The notes under the pieces were generated by a model. The model worked only from the letters and a program-made list of their open reading frames with translations, was not told where the DNA came from and made no database searches. DNA of 64,000 bases, from assembly GCA_001662655.1 (NCBI GenBank), contig KV460217.1; one strand, 5' to 3'. Of this stretch, positions 24,764 to 37,614 are shown one piece after another; positions within the stretch are counted from its first letter, which is position 1, and each line of letters opens with the position of its first letter. Source of the DNA: Pseudogymnoascus verrucosus (taxonomy: Eukaryota). Both the position numbers and the translations under genes were made by a program.

Positions 24764-27705
24764 TCACATCTCCTCCGGCGCCACCCCCCTCGGAAACGGC
24801 TCACTCCTAATCTCCGCAATTGCCTCCTTCGTCCGACGATTCGTCTCAAAGCTCAACTCAATCAAATCCACCACCTCCTCCGCCCCAAAATAAAGACTCA
24901 AATCGCTCTTCGACCACAAAAACATCAGGTCTCGCAGGTTACTCTGCAGCACCTCGCTCAGGAAGTGCAGCTTAAGCCAGAACGCCGCATAGTGCGATGT
25001 CGTCGGCACAGGCGGGTTCTCTGGGTCCTCATCTGCGCCCTCGGGTGTGAAGAGATCATCCAATTTCGTCACCAGAGCAATTAACGATGCTACACGAAAC
25101 GCCTCATCAGCACCCAGCACGGTAAGATCAGTGACGTCGCGAATCATCTTTCGAGCGACAGTAGATAGCAGCGCTCCAACAGCCTGGGACCACGCGGATT
25201 CAGAGAGAATACTGCGCCACTCCGCGGCAAGGGCGCGGATGTGCGCGACGACAGACTCGACAGCGACTTGGTCTGTGGCAGCGTCGTCGCCCTGGTTGAG
25301 GAAGCTCTGCGCGCCGCCGAGGAGGTCCGTGATGATAGTGCGCTGGGTGCTCATTTCGCGGCCGTAGGCGGCGCGGCTGAATTTCAGGAGGGATTGGACT
25401 TCGCCGTCGAGGCGAACTTTGCCTTTTGCGCGGGGGCCGAGGTCGGTGCGTTGGGACCAGGTGGCGGAGAAGTCTTTGAGGAGGTCGGAGAGGTGCATGG
25501 CGTCGTTGTAGCAATACCTGGGGGTGTTAGTGGGATTCGTGATGGATAGGGGTTGGAAAGACTGACATGTTACCGCCTGGGGCGAGGTTGTAGTATACTG
25601 GCGCAGAAGCACGGTACATGGCTAACACTAGAGTTGGAAGGCCAAATAGTCCAACAGCTGCTGCGCTGACAGGGTTTGTATCGTGGCTAAATATCGTTAG
25701 TATTACAACTGAAGATGCGATTTGCCAACTTACTTTTCGCGCGTCAGCGTTACTGCATCTTCTATGATGTGCCTGATGGTATCGAACACTGGTTCTGGCA
25801 TAGACGATACCGTGTACTTTTCAGTCAAGGTTACCTCTCGCTGCACTTCTCTTCTCGCCTGGGGTTCCGAAATCTCAGGTTTCTCAGGCATTGGAGCTGG
25901 CTCCTCCTGGGTTTCCGCAGGTGCCTCTTCCTCGTCATCATCGCCCCACCCCCAGGCATCAGCCCCGTCATCGTCGTCAGGGGCCGCTTCTTTCAAAACC
26001 TCAGCAGTCCAGTTGCTCTCTTTAGGAGAATCCCTTCCTAGGCTTGATGAAGATCTTGTATTTTCTTCGCCGTCGCTTTCTCCCCCAGCATTCCTTTCTT
26101 TGGCCTTGCCTTTATCGCCTCCTGGGGCGCTGTCTTCATTGCCCTTGTCCTCGTCATCTGACCACTCAACATCCCAGTCGTCCTCACGTTTGGCTGTCTC
26201 TTTGCCCTCGTTTGCAGCCCCGCCCGGAAGCTCTTCATCAATGAATTCGGTGATAGTTTGGGTTTCTGTTCGTTCAACCCCTTTAGTACGTCCAATACCC
26301 TTCGATAGCTGCCTCCTTGTAGAATCCAGCGCTGTCTCCCTGCGCTTTGCAACCCATAATCGAGGAGAGCTCTCAACCCAATCGTTGAGATTATCTGCTC
26401 CGCCCCATCCCAAGGCAGTGATGGTCTCCGCAAACTCGTGAACGAGAGCAATAGAATTCCGGAAATCGGTCATACGATCTAATGATACCGGTACTGCAGA
26501 GTCAAGCCATGTCTCTCTGATTAGTGTGGTGAGCTTAGGCATTAATACGGAAGACAACGGCTGAGCGAAGTCGGGAGGAAAGCTTTCGGAAAGGAAACGG
26601 ATCATCTTTTCGAGGTCAAGAAAAAGTTCCCTTATTCCTAACGATGCGGGTACTTCCTCAGACGCACGTATGGTTTTCTAGATTCACATTAGCCATAATT
26701 CCGCCCTTCTGATATAGCAGTAACGTACCCCCTCAACGGAAATAGACTTTAGCGGGCCGTAGCCTATGAGAACTCGAGGGTGTACAATTGCAGTTTCGAA
26801 ATCATCACAAAACTTTTTGATCCTCGTATCATCCTCTTTATAAGCCTTCATTATGAGAACCGACTGAGGTATATCTGTTGGGCCGACTTTCCCTCCGTTA
26901 GCATAGCACAATCATAACCCAGTTTCCAGTTCTTACTAATGGTGTTGTCCACTGTTAGAGAGGTCATTTCCTCATCGAAATGCACAAGCGTATTCCAGAT
27001 GTGGCCGAATTGCTCATGGATAGATTCCTTGATCAGGAACGCCCGCTCATTCAATACTGATAGCGGTCGAGTGATTTCATGTGCGGGGATATTTTCCATC
27101 TTCTCCCATGATTCTGGGGCACGTTAGTTGCAATCCAAAACAAAGTTCCAGGTCAACATACGTGCAAGTATATTCAGAGCTTCCAGAAGTCTGCCTTCAA
27201 CGCCTGCGCCTTCGGCCCCATCCAGCATTCTCTGGACATCCTGGATTCCGCCCAGCGCCTCTTTCAACTGGTTATTGTATTGAACCTCCTTCTCAAGAAA
27301 CTCGACATGTTCAGCGTCCTCCCTCGCCGCTCGTTGCAACGCATCTCCGCCTTCTGCATCACGAGCAATGTCCTCAGCAAGGTTCTTGGAGTTCTCAATA
27401 TCTTCCTGCAGGGCATGGGCATTCGTGATCCAGGTATCAACTTCTGGCGCACTATCGCGACTAGTTTTTCGAATCTCATCCTACACAGTTCATTAGCAGA
27501 TGTTACCATAATAGCCTTTACCCCTCCAAAGAGCCCCCCTCGTAACACTAACCTCCAGAGCAGACCTAGCTGCAGTCACGGCTTGCAATGCCAATGCAAG
27601 AGCTTCCCCTTCTACATAACTTTTGGAGATTTCCTCATCTCCCGGAAACTCTCCATCGCGGGCGAAGTTGGCAATCGATTGCCCCAAGGCTTTTGGTGCC
27701 GCCAT
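24764..27705 (-). CDS. ZW10: ZW10/Dsl1 family tethering/kinetochore protein (multi-exon)
   Basis: Chain of minus-strand ORFs separated by GT-AG introns; acidic loop with DAWGWGDDD; C-terminal LSEVLQSNLRDLMFLW...EEVVDLIELSF..RRTKEAIAEIR. Confidence 0.82.
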
Positions 27706-28150
27706 GCTTTCTCAGAGCTGTTGTCTCAAAATAGGTCCATTAATAAAATCGTAAATGTATGTCGTAGGTATCATATCACTCAACCATTCAAAGCAACATG
27801 GCTGCAATGGTTTCTTTGGAACTTTGGTTTTTCAAATATATGGAAATCGTTATGGACATGTATGAAGCTTGGATATGGAGCTTGGTCCCGCCGGTACCCC
27901 TGTACCCCGGAATATATTTACTCCGTTCTTTACGCAAACATGACAAACACCTCGACCTTGGAAGGCAACATTCACGAAATTCATCGAGGCCGCCAGCCAC
28001 GATCACAATCATCTCCAACTTCATCCTCATCAGCGCCTTCGCACCAATCTATCCTCAAACACGCCCTCTCTTGCAGCGAGCCGTGTCTCTATCCCCGCGA
28101 ATAGTGGCCTGCCACACCCACATCACCATCTCCACGCGCCCACCACCACT

Positions 28151-29188
28151 ATGTCCTCCTCCAACGGTCCCCCCGGACCCTTCACCATGAAGAAATTCTC
28201 CCTGGCCTCCAAACCTTCCAGCTCAACACCCTCCTCCCGCCCCTCCTCCACCAAACCCCCCTCCTCCCTCGGCAAACGCACCCGCCCCCCTCTCCACCAC
28301 GCCTCGGACTCCGACTCCGACCGCGAGCCCGAGCCCGTAGCCGTAACCGCCTTCGGCGCCTCGGGCGCAGAGACGCGCGAGCGACACACCCGCAGCGCGC
28401 CCATCATCGAGAAACTGCCTAATCGCGACTGGCGCGCTGAGGCGCGGCAGCGACGGGGTGGGAAGAACCTCCTACCGCCTGAGGTGCAGGCGCAGCGCGA
28501 AGGGGCGAGGAAGGCTGCTGAGGGGAGGGGTGTGGAGGAGGTGCAGGGGGGGGAGGAGATTAAATGGGGACTGACGCTAAGGTCGAAGGAGGAGAAGGAG
28601 AAGGATGTTGTTGAGGGTGTTGAGCCGCCTAGGTCTGCGCCGCCAGAGCCAACAGAGGCGCTGGTTCAGAAGGTGAAGACGGATGATGATCGTGCGCTTG
28701 ATGCGCTGCTGGGGCGTGAGGATAAGGTTAAGCGCCCGGATCTTGTTATTGCGTCTAAGGAAGACACGACGTATGAGGCTCCTATTAGCGATGGAGATGC
28801 GTATCAGCGCGCTATTGCCTCGGCGCCCGATGTATCCACGCTTCAAGATTACGAGGATATGCCGGTTGAGGATTTTGGGGCAGCGCTGCTACGTGGTATG
28901 GGATGGAAGGGGGAGAAAGTGGCGACGCCGAAGGAGGGGAAGAGGCGGTTAAATTTGCTTGGTCTGGGAGCGCGGGAGCTGAAGGGTGCTGAGGAACTTG
29001 GGGCTTGGGTGCAAAAGAGCGATGTTAAGAGATTGAATACTAAAGCAAAGAAAGAGAGGCGGGAGAAGCCTGGGGAATATAGAGAAAGAGAGGATACGAA
29101 GAGGAGAGAGCGGGATGAGAGATATGGGGGACGAGACGATAGGGAGAGGAGGGAGTATAGAGATCGGGATAGGGAGAGGAGGCGCTGA
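28151..29188 (+). CDS. SPP2: G-patch pre-mRNA splicing factor Spp2-like
   Basis: DYEDMPVEDFGAALLRGMGWKGE..RRLNLLGLGA G-patch motif; R/D/E-rich tail. Confidence 0.85.
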   Translation: MSSSNGPPGPFTMKKFSLASKPSSSTPSSRPSSTKPPSSLGKRTRPPLHHASDSDSDREPEPVAVTAFGASGAETRERHTRSAPIIEKLPNRDWRAEARQRRGGKNLLPPEVQAQREGARKAAEGRGVEEVQGGEEIKWGLTLRSKEEKEKDVVEGVEPPRSAPPEPTEALVQKVKTDDDRALDALLGREDKVKRPDLVIASKEDTTYEAPISDGDAYQRAIASAPDVSTLQDYEDMPVEDFGAALLRGMGWKGEKVATPKEGKRRLNLLGLGARELKGAEELGAWVQKSDVKRLNTKAKKERREKPGEYREREDTKRRERDERYGGRDDRERREYRDRDRERRR

Positions 29189-29774
29189 GAATGCTGCCAG
29201 GGTCGGATAGAGGCGGGAGCACTACGAGTATCATTCGAGGAGATATTGAAGAACATCGTCAACCGTAGCGCACGAGCGACGAAAAGAATGATACCAGACA
29301 CTAGACTTATTATATAGATTGGTCGCTAAAATACAAAACTCGAGACTCAAATAACTCCCAACGATCTAAGCTGATAATGTGCTTCCATTCAACTACGATA
29401 TATACACTCTCCAATCCCCCCACCATACAATCATTATGCCACCATTTTTCCTCCGCGTGTCCGCGCAATCTACCCATAACAGAGCGACCAAACCAACCGC
29501 AAATCGAAATCTAACCACGCCGTTAGGACAGAAAAAGCTCCTCCGCCACCCGGCCCAAAAACAAATAGGGAAAAGGATGGGCCAGTGAGGCCGCCGATAG
29601 TAATGCATGTAGACGAACTCCATGCCTTCCCCCCGATTACAAAAAAGATACAATGAATGCGTTTGTGCAACTCGTTAAGATTTCAATTCACCCCCTTCAA
29701 CCCCTCTCATCCTCCTCTTCAAGATACATGCCTTCGCATTCCCTCAACTGCCGTTCCCATCACCCGCTCAGAGC

Positions 29775-30950
29775 TTATCTTGCGGGCCCCTGATAATTCG
29801 GGTGATTCACCGGATAATTCCCTGGGGCAGCCCCAGCCTCATCAAACAGATCCTCAAGGTAGGCACTCGGCGCTCTGCCGCCAGGCCTCTGCGTCAGATC
29901 CAACGTGCTTGTGCTCATGTGCATGCCGTGTTGCGGCCCTGGGCTCAGCGCCGGTCCTACCCGTGGGCTATCCGGCGGCGTAGTACCGAGACTCTGCGCG
30001 CGTGCGTATCCCTTCGCCTGAGGTCCCAGATTCGACAATGAGATTGCCTCGCGAGCAGTGAGACCGCTGCCGCCAAGGTGTGCCATGCCAGATCCGTTTC
30101 CAGGGGCCGATGCGCCCGCTGCATAGTAGCCTGAGGGGAGGTAGCCGGAGTTGCGGTTGCCAGGGTTGAGCATGGAGCCACCGGCGGTGGGAGAGAAGAA
30201 GAGAGATTGGCCTGGAGCGGCGCCGCTCGATGTTGTGGGCCTGGTTGGCTTGGGGCTCTTGCGGAGGTTGGCGAGGGAGAGGGTCGAATCGCGGTCAGAG
30301 TACCTGTTGTATACTGGTGCTGCGGGTGGGCGGAAGTTGAGAAGGGCCTTGGTGTCTTGAACGTTGTTCCCCTTGGCAGCGCGCTTTACGGACCGCTTCA
30401 GAGCCCACACTGTGAGGCCGCGCCACAAGACGACGGCTAGAGCGAGGAAGCCAAGGATGGCACCGACGACGATGAAGACCGTGCCGGCAGGGAGTTTGGA
30501 CGCCTGCATATAGGGTGCATTGAGTGTAGGGGGAACTTGTGCTACGGGGATCTTGTATCCACCTGGAATCTGGGGCAAGTCGGTTGGCCCAACTGCATTA
30601 TCACTTGAGGCCGACGCATCTGTGATGGTGCTCTGAGGAACCTTGACATCATTTGTGCCGGTACTGTCTCCTGTTATGACCGCGCCAGTATCTGATGTTG
30701 GGGTTGGTGTGGGAGTGTTGTTGTTTCCTGTTTCTGAGGGTTGGTCGGTAGTGCCTTTTGTCGGCGCCGTTGTCTGCTTTGCGGTGTTGTTGTTGGTCTC
30801 GCTAGCTTTAGTTGCATCTGTCTTTGAGGCGTCTGTTTTCCCACTATCCGCCGTAGTATCCGACTTTTGGTCCTGAGCGTATGCGGTTGATGATACCAAC
30901 AACGTCGACAGTAGGGCTATAGCCACTGGTTGTCCCCGAAACAGATGCAT
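29775..30950 (-). CDS. Type I single-pass membrane protein (CSI2-like)
   Basis: Signal peptide, S/T-rich ectodomain, PPTLNAPYMQ..PAGTVFIVVGAILGFL transmembrane segment, C-terminal RAPSAYLEDLF. Confidence 0.8.
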   Translation of the reverse strand: MHLFRGQPVAIALLSTLLVSSTAYAQDQKSDTTADSGKTDASKTDATKASETNNNTAKQTTAPTKGTTDQPSETGNNNTPTPTPTSDTGAVITGDSTGTNDVKVPQSTITDASASSDNAVGPTDLPQIPGGYKIPVAQVPPTLNAPYMQASKLPAGTVFIVVGAILGFLALAVVLWRGLTVWALKRSVKRAAKGNNVQDTKALLNFRPPAAPVYNRYSDRDSTLSLANLRKSPKPTRPTTSSGAAPGQSLFFSPTAGGSMLNPGNRNSGYLPSGYYAAGASAPGNGSGMAHLGGSGLTAREAISLSNLGPQAKGYARAQSLGTTPPDSPRVGPALSPGPQHGMHMSTSTLDLTQRPGGRAPSAYLEDLFDEAGAAPGNYPVNHPNYQGPAR

Positions 30951-31765
30951 GGTCGTTTATATTCCACAAAGGAAGCCCGGTTGCTATCCAATATGAGAAT
31001 AGAGGTCGTCGAATTCCAAGGAAACGACTGGGCTTGTGTCGTTGTCGCCTCGACTCGGAGTCTTTGCGGTCTTTGGTCTGTAGGTGGGGGCTGTGTTGTC
31101 GTTGGCGACGACAATAAGGGGCCTGGCCGCTGGGCAATAATCGTCGCGATCGAGCGCCGGCGTCACAGATATCAATAGCTTCGATGAATGTCTTCTGTAG
31201 ATCGATGATGTATTCCAGGTGTCTCGGTCACTTGAGGGGTTGACGCAGCGGTTTCAAGGCGTGGGTAATACAGGGCGAATGTAAATAGAATCAAGGCGTT
31301 GAAAAGTAACGAGCGTCGTAGAGATACAAGGGATAGAGTATGCGCTATACAGTATAGTCGACTGGATATGCAAATTGAAGAAAGCGAAAGTGAAGTTATT
31401 GATCGAGGTAAGAGGGGAGCGAAGGGATGAAGACTTGGATAAGTCGGCGTTGGTCCCCTGTCTTGGATGGGAATACTCCTTCGTACAGTAGCAAAGTAAG
31501 AGTACAGGGACTTGTGTTGTGCCTCAGCAGCAAGTACGACGTACGAAGTATAGTACCCGCTATTTTTAGTGCGAGGGTGACATTTTAGCGTTGGCAACAC
31601 GAGAAAAAGAATCTCTCACTCTCCCCCATGTCGCTAACTTATCGGCCTCACTATCGCGATTAAGAAATATTGAAAACGTCTATCCACACTCCACACTCCA
31701 CACTCCAACACCACCACCACCACCTGCACCACGCTCCTTCCTTCACCCCGCATACACAATCCACC

Positions 31766-32457
31766 ATGGGCGTCGCAAAGAAAACCCGCAAGTTCGGCCA
31801 GGTATGTATTATTTCCAGCTCCTCAGCAAACTAGTTAGTCTAACGGTCTCGCAGGTCAAGCGCCTCATCGGCCAACGCGATGCGCGCCTCAAAAAGAACG
31901 TCGACGCCGCTGCCGAGGGACAAAAGAAGAAAGAAGTTGCCGTCGTTCGCCAGATCCCCCAGGTCTCCTCGGCCCTCTTCTTCCAGTACAATACCGCTCT
32001 CGTGCCGCCCTACTCTGTCCTCGTCGATACCAATTTCTTATCGCATACCGTCCAGCGCAAGCTGCCGTTGCTCGAGTCTATGATGGACACGCTCTACGCA
32101 AAGTGTACGCCTATAATTACATCGTGTGTGATGGCTGAGCTCGAGAAGCTGGGACCGAAGTACAGGATTGCGCTGCGGATAGCGAGAGATGAGAGGTGGG
32201 AGAGGCTTCAGTGCGATCATAAGGGTGTGTATGCAGATGACTGCATTGTGGATCGTGTGATGAAGAACAAGGTTTATATTGTGGCGACGAACGATTTGGA
32301 CCTTAAGCGGAGGAGTGAGCAAGCCCACATACCCCAAACAGTGCTCGCAGAATGATACTGACACCCAGCAGTAAGGAAGATTCCCGGTGTCCCGATTATG
32401 AGCGTCGCGAGAGGAAAGTATGTCATTGAGAGGTTGCCCGACGCACCTGAGAAATAG
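31766..32457 (+). CDS. FCF1: PIN-domain rRNA processing nuclease Fcf1/Utp24
   Basis: MGVAKKTRKFGQ|VKRLIG..PPYSVLVDTNF..HKGVYADDC..IVATNDLDLKRR|IRKIPGVPIM. Introns 31802-31854 and 32315-32371. Confidence 0.96.
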
Positions 32458-32814
32458 AGGACTGCAAGAACAAAGGATGGGATACGATTTTGAAAGGTTG
32501 TGTATACTGGCATAGCGTACGGAGTTTTGGGCGTTGAAAAGGGCCATGGTGACACCCTGTACGACATCAGGGAGATTAGGGGAGCAGCATCATTGACTGC
32601 AAAAGTGAAAAATATAATCAATCACAAGACAATCAGTAGTTCCTCGCCCTGCTGTCAAACATGAAGTAGATCAAACGCTTGCAGATCTCATATTGTAATT
32701 CTAGGAATCCCACCAACTCCGAGCAAGCACATACGGCCGCTGCTACAAAAATTAGGAATACAACTCGCTCTCGTACACATGCTATACCACATTCCCATAA
32801 ATCCAAGTATCCCT

Positions 32815-33922
32815 CTACTGCTGCACCTTCTTCTGTGCCGCAGGGCCCATCTCCTTCTCGAACGCGGCGTACGACACCTCTAGGCCAGCGATACCCCTGA
32901 TTCCCACAGAGAGGATAGCCACAAGGAGAAGCGTCACCATCAGTCCCATGAAAATTCCTATAAGTATTTAGCTGCAGTCCCTCAAAGAGAATGGCAAAAT
33001 TCATACCTGGTGTGAAGAATTGGTATTTCTCGAAAAGCGGTCTCCTGTCCACCTTGCTGTCTGCGCGACGCATAGCCCCTGTCTGTCGCTTGATCTCCGA
33101 GTGCAGCGGCTCCTGGAACTCCGACTCGTAGTTGGGGACATCAGATACACTACCGTGCACCACTGGAGCGGGGGCCTTCGAGTTTACTGGTGTCGTGGCA
33201 AAAAGAACGGCATAGCTGCGTCCCTTGAACTGGGCCACCAATTCTTGCAAAATGACATCTGCGCATGTTAGCGATTGAACCTCAAAGGAAAGGCAAAGGG
33301 GTACAAACCGTGATACGCAACCTGGCGAACACGCTGTGCCGGTTCGTCCGATAGCGGTCGCAGGTCCACCCTAATTCCCACGGTTGCTGATTCCTTGCCT
33401 GATACAGGAGTGAAGTCGATCTTCGAAACACCATCCTCGCCATAAGCTTCGACCTTCTGGAACCCAAAGCCGCATGAAGCCTCCACAGCTGTTTGTAGGC
33501 CATCCACATCCACAGCTCCTACGACCTCCGCCACATTGAGGCCAACATATACAGACCCATTGTCAACGCTGGTCTTCAGTGCTTTGCGCAGGTGGGGCGC
33601 GGCTGTCTTGCTGGTGTAGTCGGCGGCATTGGCGTCGGGTTGGACAATGATGAGGAGGGTCTCGACGGGTAGGCAAACCAAGCTGTTAACAAGGGAAGTT
33701 GTCACGGAGCTTGCAGTATCGATCTGATTGAGGTCGGATAGGCGCTCCGTTTGTCCTACTTCTTGGGAAGCCCAGATGCTGCGTTTGGTTAGTTGGAGAT
33801 AGGCAGAACCATGTTGGATATACGCACTCTTGGTTCGAGAAGAGGAGGAATGGCGAGGTATCTTTAAAGGCGCTAGCTGCAGCTATGCAAGCCGCAATCG
33901 TTCCAGCTGTAGAGAAGCGCAT
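32815..33922 (-). CDS. V-ATPase accessory/assembly protein (Voa1/Ac45/BIG1-like), multi-exon
   Basis: Signal peptide plus AFKDTSPFLLFS; C-terminal LFEKYQFFTPG|IFMGL..TM..LEVSYAAFEKEMGPAAQKK. Confidence 0.8.
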
Positions 33923-34145
33923 TCTGGTGGCTGTGTCTTATAGCTTCTCTACCTCCGTTGAAGCATCCAAAGACCCATGATAGGCACATACGTCGGGAGG
34001 CGTCTAGTGTAACCCTAATATCTCAGGCCGCCACCAAAGCTTATCGGCGGTGGTCCCCAGAAATAATCGCCAGAAATTATGGATAGGTACAAGACGAGAT
34101 AGAACCATGAAAATAAATTTATAAAACAACCACCAATATATTACC

Positions 34146-34881
34146 ATGATGTCCTCAGAGCATTTCGTCGTGCCGAGGCCGAAAAAGTCGACGTTACCGC
34201 CGCAACCTAAGAAAAGAAAGAGAAATGCCGCAATCGAGGAGATCAGTTTCGACTTCGATGCCAGAGCAGACTATCTGACCGGTTTTCACAAGCGCAAGGT
34301 GGAGCGTGCGAAGAGGGCGCAGGCAGAGAACGATAAAAAGGCCAAGGAGGAGCGCATTCTACAGAGGAAACAGGTAAATATGCCGTCGCCTTTACATGGA
34401 GGGTGTATTCTAATGTACTCAGTTACGAGAAGAACGAACACAAGAGCTGAAAGCGCACGTCGCCGCCGTCGATGCGATATTAGCGGAATCAAAGTCTCCA
34501 TTCTTGGATCATGAGGAATCCGGCGAGGATGGAGAGTGGGATGGCATAAAAGAAGAGGCGCCGGCGGAGCCAATCGATCACGAAGAAGAATACATTGATG
34601 AGGATCGGTTTACGACGGTTACTGTGGAGGAGGTAGGCGTGTCAAAAGATGGATTACATACAGCAGCAGAGGATGAGGAGTTAGAGTTAGAGGGCAAGAA
34701 GAAGGCAGCAGAGGCGGCCAAGGCAGCGAAGTTTGCAAAGGCAAATCCCAAGAAGCAGTGGCCGAAGAAGGAGAAGAAGAAGCCGTTCAGGTACGAGTCT
34801 AAGATCGAGCGGAAGATTGGCAGGGCCAAACAGAAGTCTTCGAATAAGAAGCAAGCGAGCGCTAGGAGAGGCGAGGATTAA
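34146..34881 (+). CDS. RRP17: rRNA processing protein Rrp17/NOL12
   Basis: IEEISFDFDARADYLTGFHKRKVER, EEYIDEDRFTTVTVEE and KKKPFRYESK. Intron 34374-34422. Confidence 0.92.
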
Positions 34882-35120
34882 GAGTCACGACACGAATAAT
34901 ATCATAGTTTTGGAAACGTGATATCTGTTTTAAGTGGCCTGTGATTACAGGAAGAAGCTCATCCACCCCAAACAGCAGTAACAGGAACTTCTATGGCGGA
35001 CAGTCGTAAAGACATAAGCGGGATGAGGAATAACGGTGTGAACCGCCTGGTGATGACTGCCTAAACTGAAATCGCAATGTGACGCGCGTAAAACGGGAAA
35101 GTCGGTCGTGGCCCTTGATA

Positions 35121-35834
35121 CTAGATCTGGCCAATCTCGTCCTGGAAGTCCTTCAGCTCCTTCTGTACCTTGGCGTACTTCTCGGCCATCTCCTCGTATT
35201 TCGCCTCCCATGAGTCCCTGTCGTTCTCGAGCGCCTTGACCTTGCGCTCGAAGTGGCCAGCCTTGACGTCTGTTTGACGGAGCCTGTAAATTTTATCAGT
35301 ACTCTTCCACACCATCAAAATAGGATGCGAAGCAGCTGAGATGTCTCCAACGTACTTGTCGTTTGTCTCGCGCAGGTTCTTGTCTGCCTCCTCTGCCTCC
35401 TCCTCAAGGAGCTGGAGACGGCGTTGCAGGGTCTCGTTCTGGTGGCCATGTTGGGTGCTCTCCTCAGCTGTAGCCTTGATCTCCTTGTTGTGTGTCTCCA
35501 GCTTCTCTACCTCAGCCTCCAATAAGCCGTTCTTGTGTTGAAGAGATGTGACTTCCTGCTCCTTGGCCAAGTTCTCCTGCTCAAGCGTCTTGACCTTCTC
35601 CTGGAGCTCCTGAGCCTTCGCGGTTGCCTCATCCGCCTCGATGCGGAGAGAGTTCATTTTCTGAGTATCGCGTTAGCTAGGTCATATTATAGACGCAGCA
35701 AGGCCAGCGTTGGATGTGCTCGCGCTCGTATTTCGTTAGGCAACACGAATGTGGTCTCAACGGTGGCATGGCGGGGTTCAAGGCGGTAAGGAAACAGGCA
35801 GGAGTGGACAACTCACTTCCTTGATGCGATCCAT
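35121..35834 (-). CDS. TPM1: Tropomyosin
   Basis: Coiled coil MDRIKE|KMNSLRIEADE...LQRRLQLLEEEAEE..LRQTDVKAGHFERKV. Introns 35816-35661 and about 35355-35284. Confidence 0.95.
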
Positions 35835-36213
35835 GGTGACTGATTTTTTTGAAATTCGCGGGGAGTTGAAGTAGAGATGGTCCGGTATGAAATTTCAAAT
35901 GTAAGAGCGGAAAGGTAGTTATCGTAAGGTTCAGGTGGTGGTGATGAATGAGGGGGTTGAGTATCGCAACCGAAAGAGCTGCTGATTAGCCAACAGGGGT
36001 TGCCCCTACTAATTTTGGGACGCACATCGTTGTTGCCATGTCAACCCCACATAAGGAAAACAAGCCTTGGCTGGTCCCCATTCAGGTTACGACAACCTCA
36101 GATCAACCACCTCATTAAACTACCGAGATACGTTATACTTGCACAAAATTGTCTCTCATCGCCATGACATTTACACCATAAGCAATTCTCCATTGAGCAG
36201 CAAATCATTCACA

Positions 36214-37614
36214 ATGTTAGCAGCTCGGGACCAGGAGAATCTGGTCCATGGCCAGCAAGCTCTCGCTGCTTCGAAGCCTCTGAACCAAGGCACAAGAGCT
36301 GCACCGCCAAAGACGCCAGGAAACCGATATCCCAAGACGCCACTCAAGATACCTCTGCACGACGAAAATGCGCCGACGGGCTTCGGAAAGAAGAGTGTCC
36401 TTCAAACGAAGGGCAAGGGGAATGAGAATCTAGTTACTGGCGGAAAGAAGGGCGCAGGTCTCGACAAGAATGCCTTCATAACTCCAATGGGTACGATGCG
36501 GAAATACTGATCGTATGGATTAATTGCTGACCATGAAATAGGTCCTCGGACTCGGGCACCCCTTGGGATGAAGACGACAAATGCCAAGGCGAAGGCATTT
36601 CAAACTCCAGCCGGACCTGAGATGGACAAGGGCCCCGAGAAGACACAGATCAGGCCGACGAGCACTCGCCCATTGAGGCAAAAGATTAGCCACGTCGATA
36701 CCGTCAAGTTGGAAATCCACGGCGACGAGCCAGACCCATTGGGTGAACGAGAGGTCGAATACTGCCCACCTAAATCTAAAGACCTTCCATACGAGAACGA
36801 AGATTTCCCCAACGGATACCTAGACTACAGCATCGTCAAGCGAGAGAATCAGAGGAAGGACTTCCACACACGCTACTATAACCCCGTGGATGCAAATGGT
36901 GTATCTAAGAGAGAGAGGGAGTTTGAGGAGGAGCTCGCCAGATCTCTAAAGGCGACTGATGATAAGATCCTCAAAGCAGTGGAGGAGGACCCCTGTATTG
37001 TCCACGACGTCCCAGAGACATTTCCGAAAGTTCAACGCAAGAAACCCACTGAAGAACGCCGTGCCGTCTCTGCCCAACTCCCTGCAAAGGCGTCTGCATT
37101 GCCCAGCAGAGGCCCAGCAACGCTTACATCCCGCCGCGCTGCGTCCGCCCTCGCATTGGCACCAAGGCCCACCACTACCTCAACAAAGCCATCCCGTCCT
37201 CTCCCTCTGACCAAGAAACCCGCGCCATTCCTCCTCCGCGGCTCCAACCCGACGCCTCCTGCTATCCAGCCTTCAACTATGCGCAACGCCTCTGCCAGCG
37301 CCGCCTCTCGCAGCACCATGGGCTATAAGAAGGGCCGTTCCGCATCCACAGTGCTCTCGAATGGTACCGTGTCTGCAGTGCCTTCAGCACCAGTGCGCTC
37401 GCTGAGCAATCTGTCCGCTATCTCAGATAAGACGATTACGCCTGCGCGTTATGGGGCGAAGCGAGAGGAAGAGAGCAGCAGGTTGGGGTTCCTGGGAGCT
37501 TTCGATATCAATGATGATGATCTCGGCTTTGGGCCTGATTCGGGGCTACCAGAGTGCATGAGGGGTGGAGCGGATGAAGAAGAAGAGGAGTTCGTTATGA
37601 CCTTGAATTTGTAA
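36214..37614 (+). CDS. Putative securin (separase inhibitor; Pds1/Cut2-like)
   Basis: Disordered protein with a D-box RAPLGMKTTN just after intron 36491-36541, KEN-like QEN/DEN/NEN motifs, several TP sites, and EVEYCPPKSKDLPYE. Confidence 0.72.

Noticed and set aside
27280..28190. 274-aa and 130-aa plus-strand ORFs
   Set aside because: They are antisense to ZW10 exons or span the ZW10/SPP2 promoter, with no protein-like features.
31591..31765. N-terminal extension of FCF1 in the ORF track (similar cases at 55769 and 51712)
   Set aside because: Artefacts of reading through introns or UTRs; spliced models give canonical N-termini.
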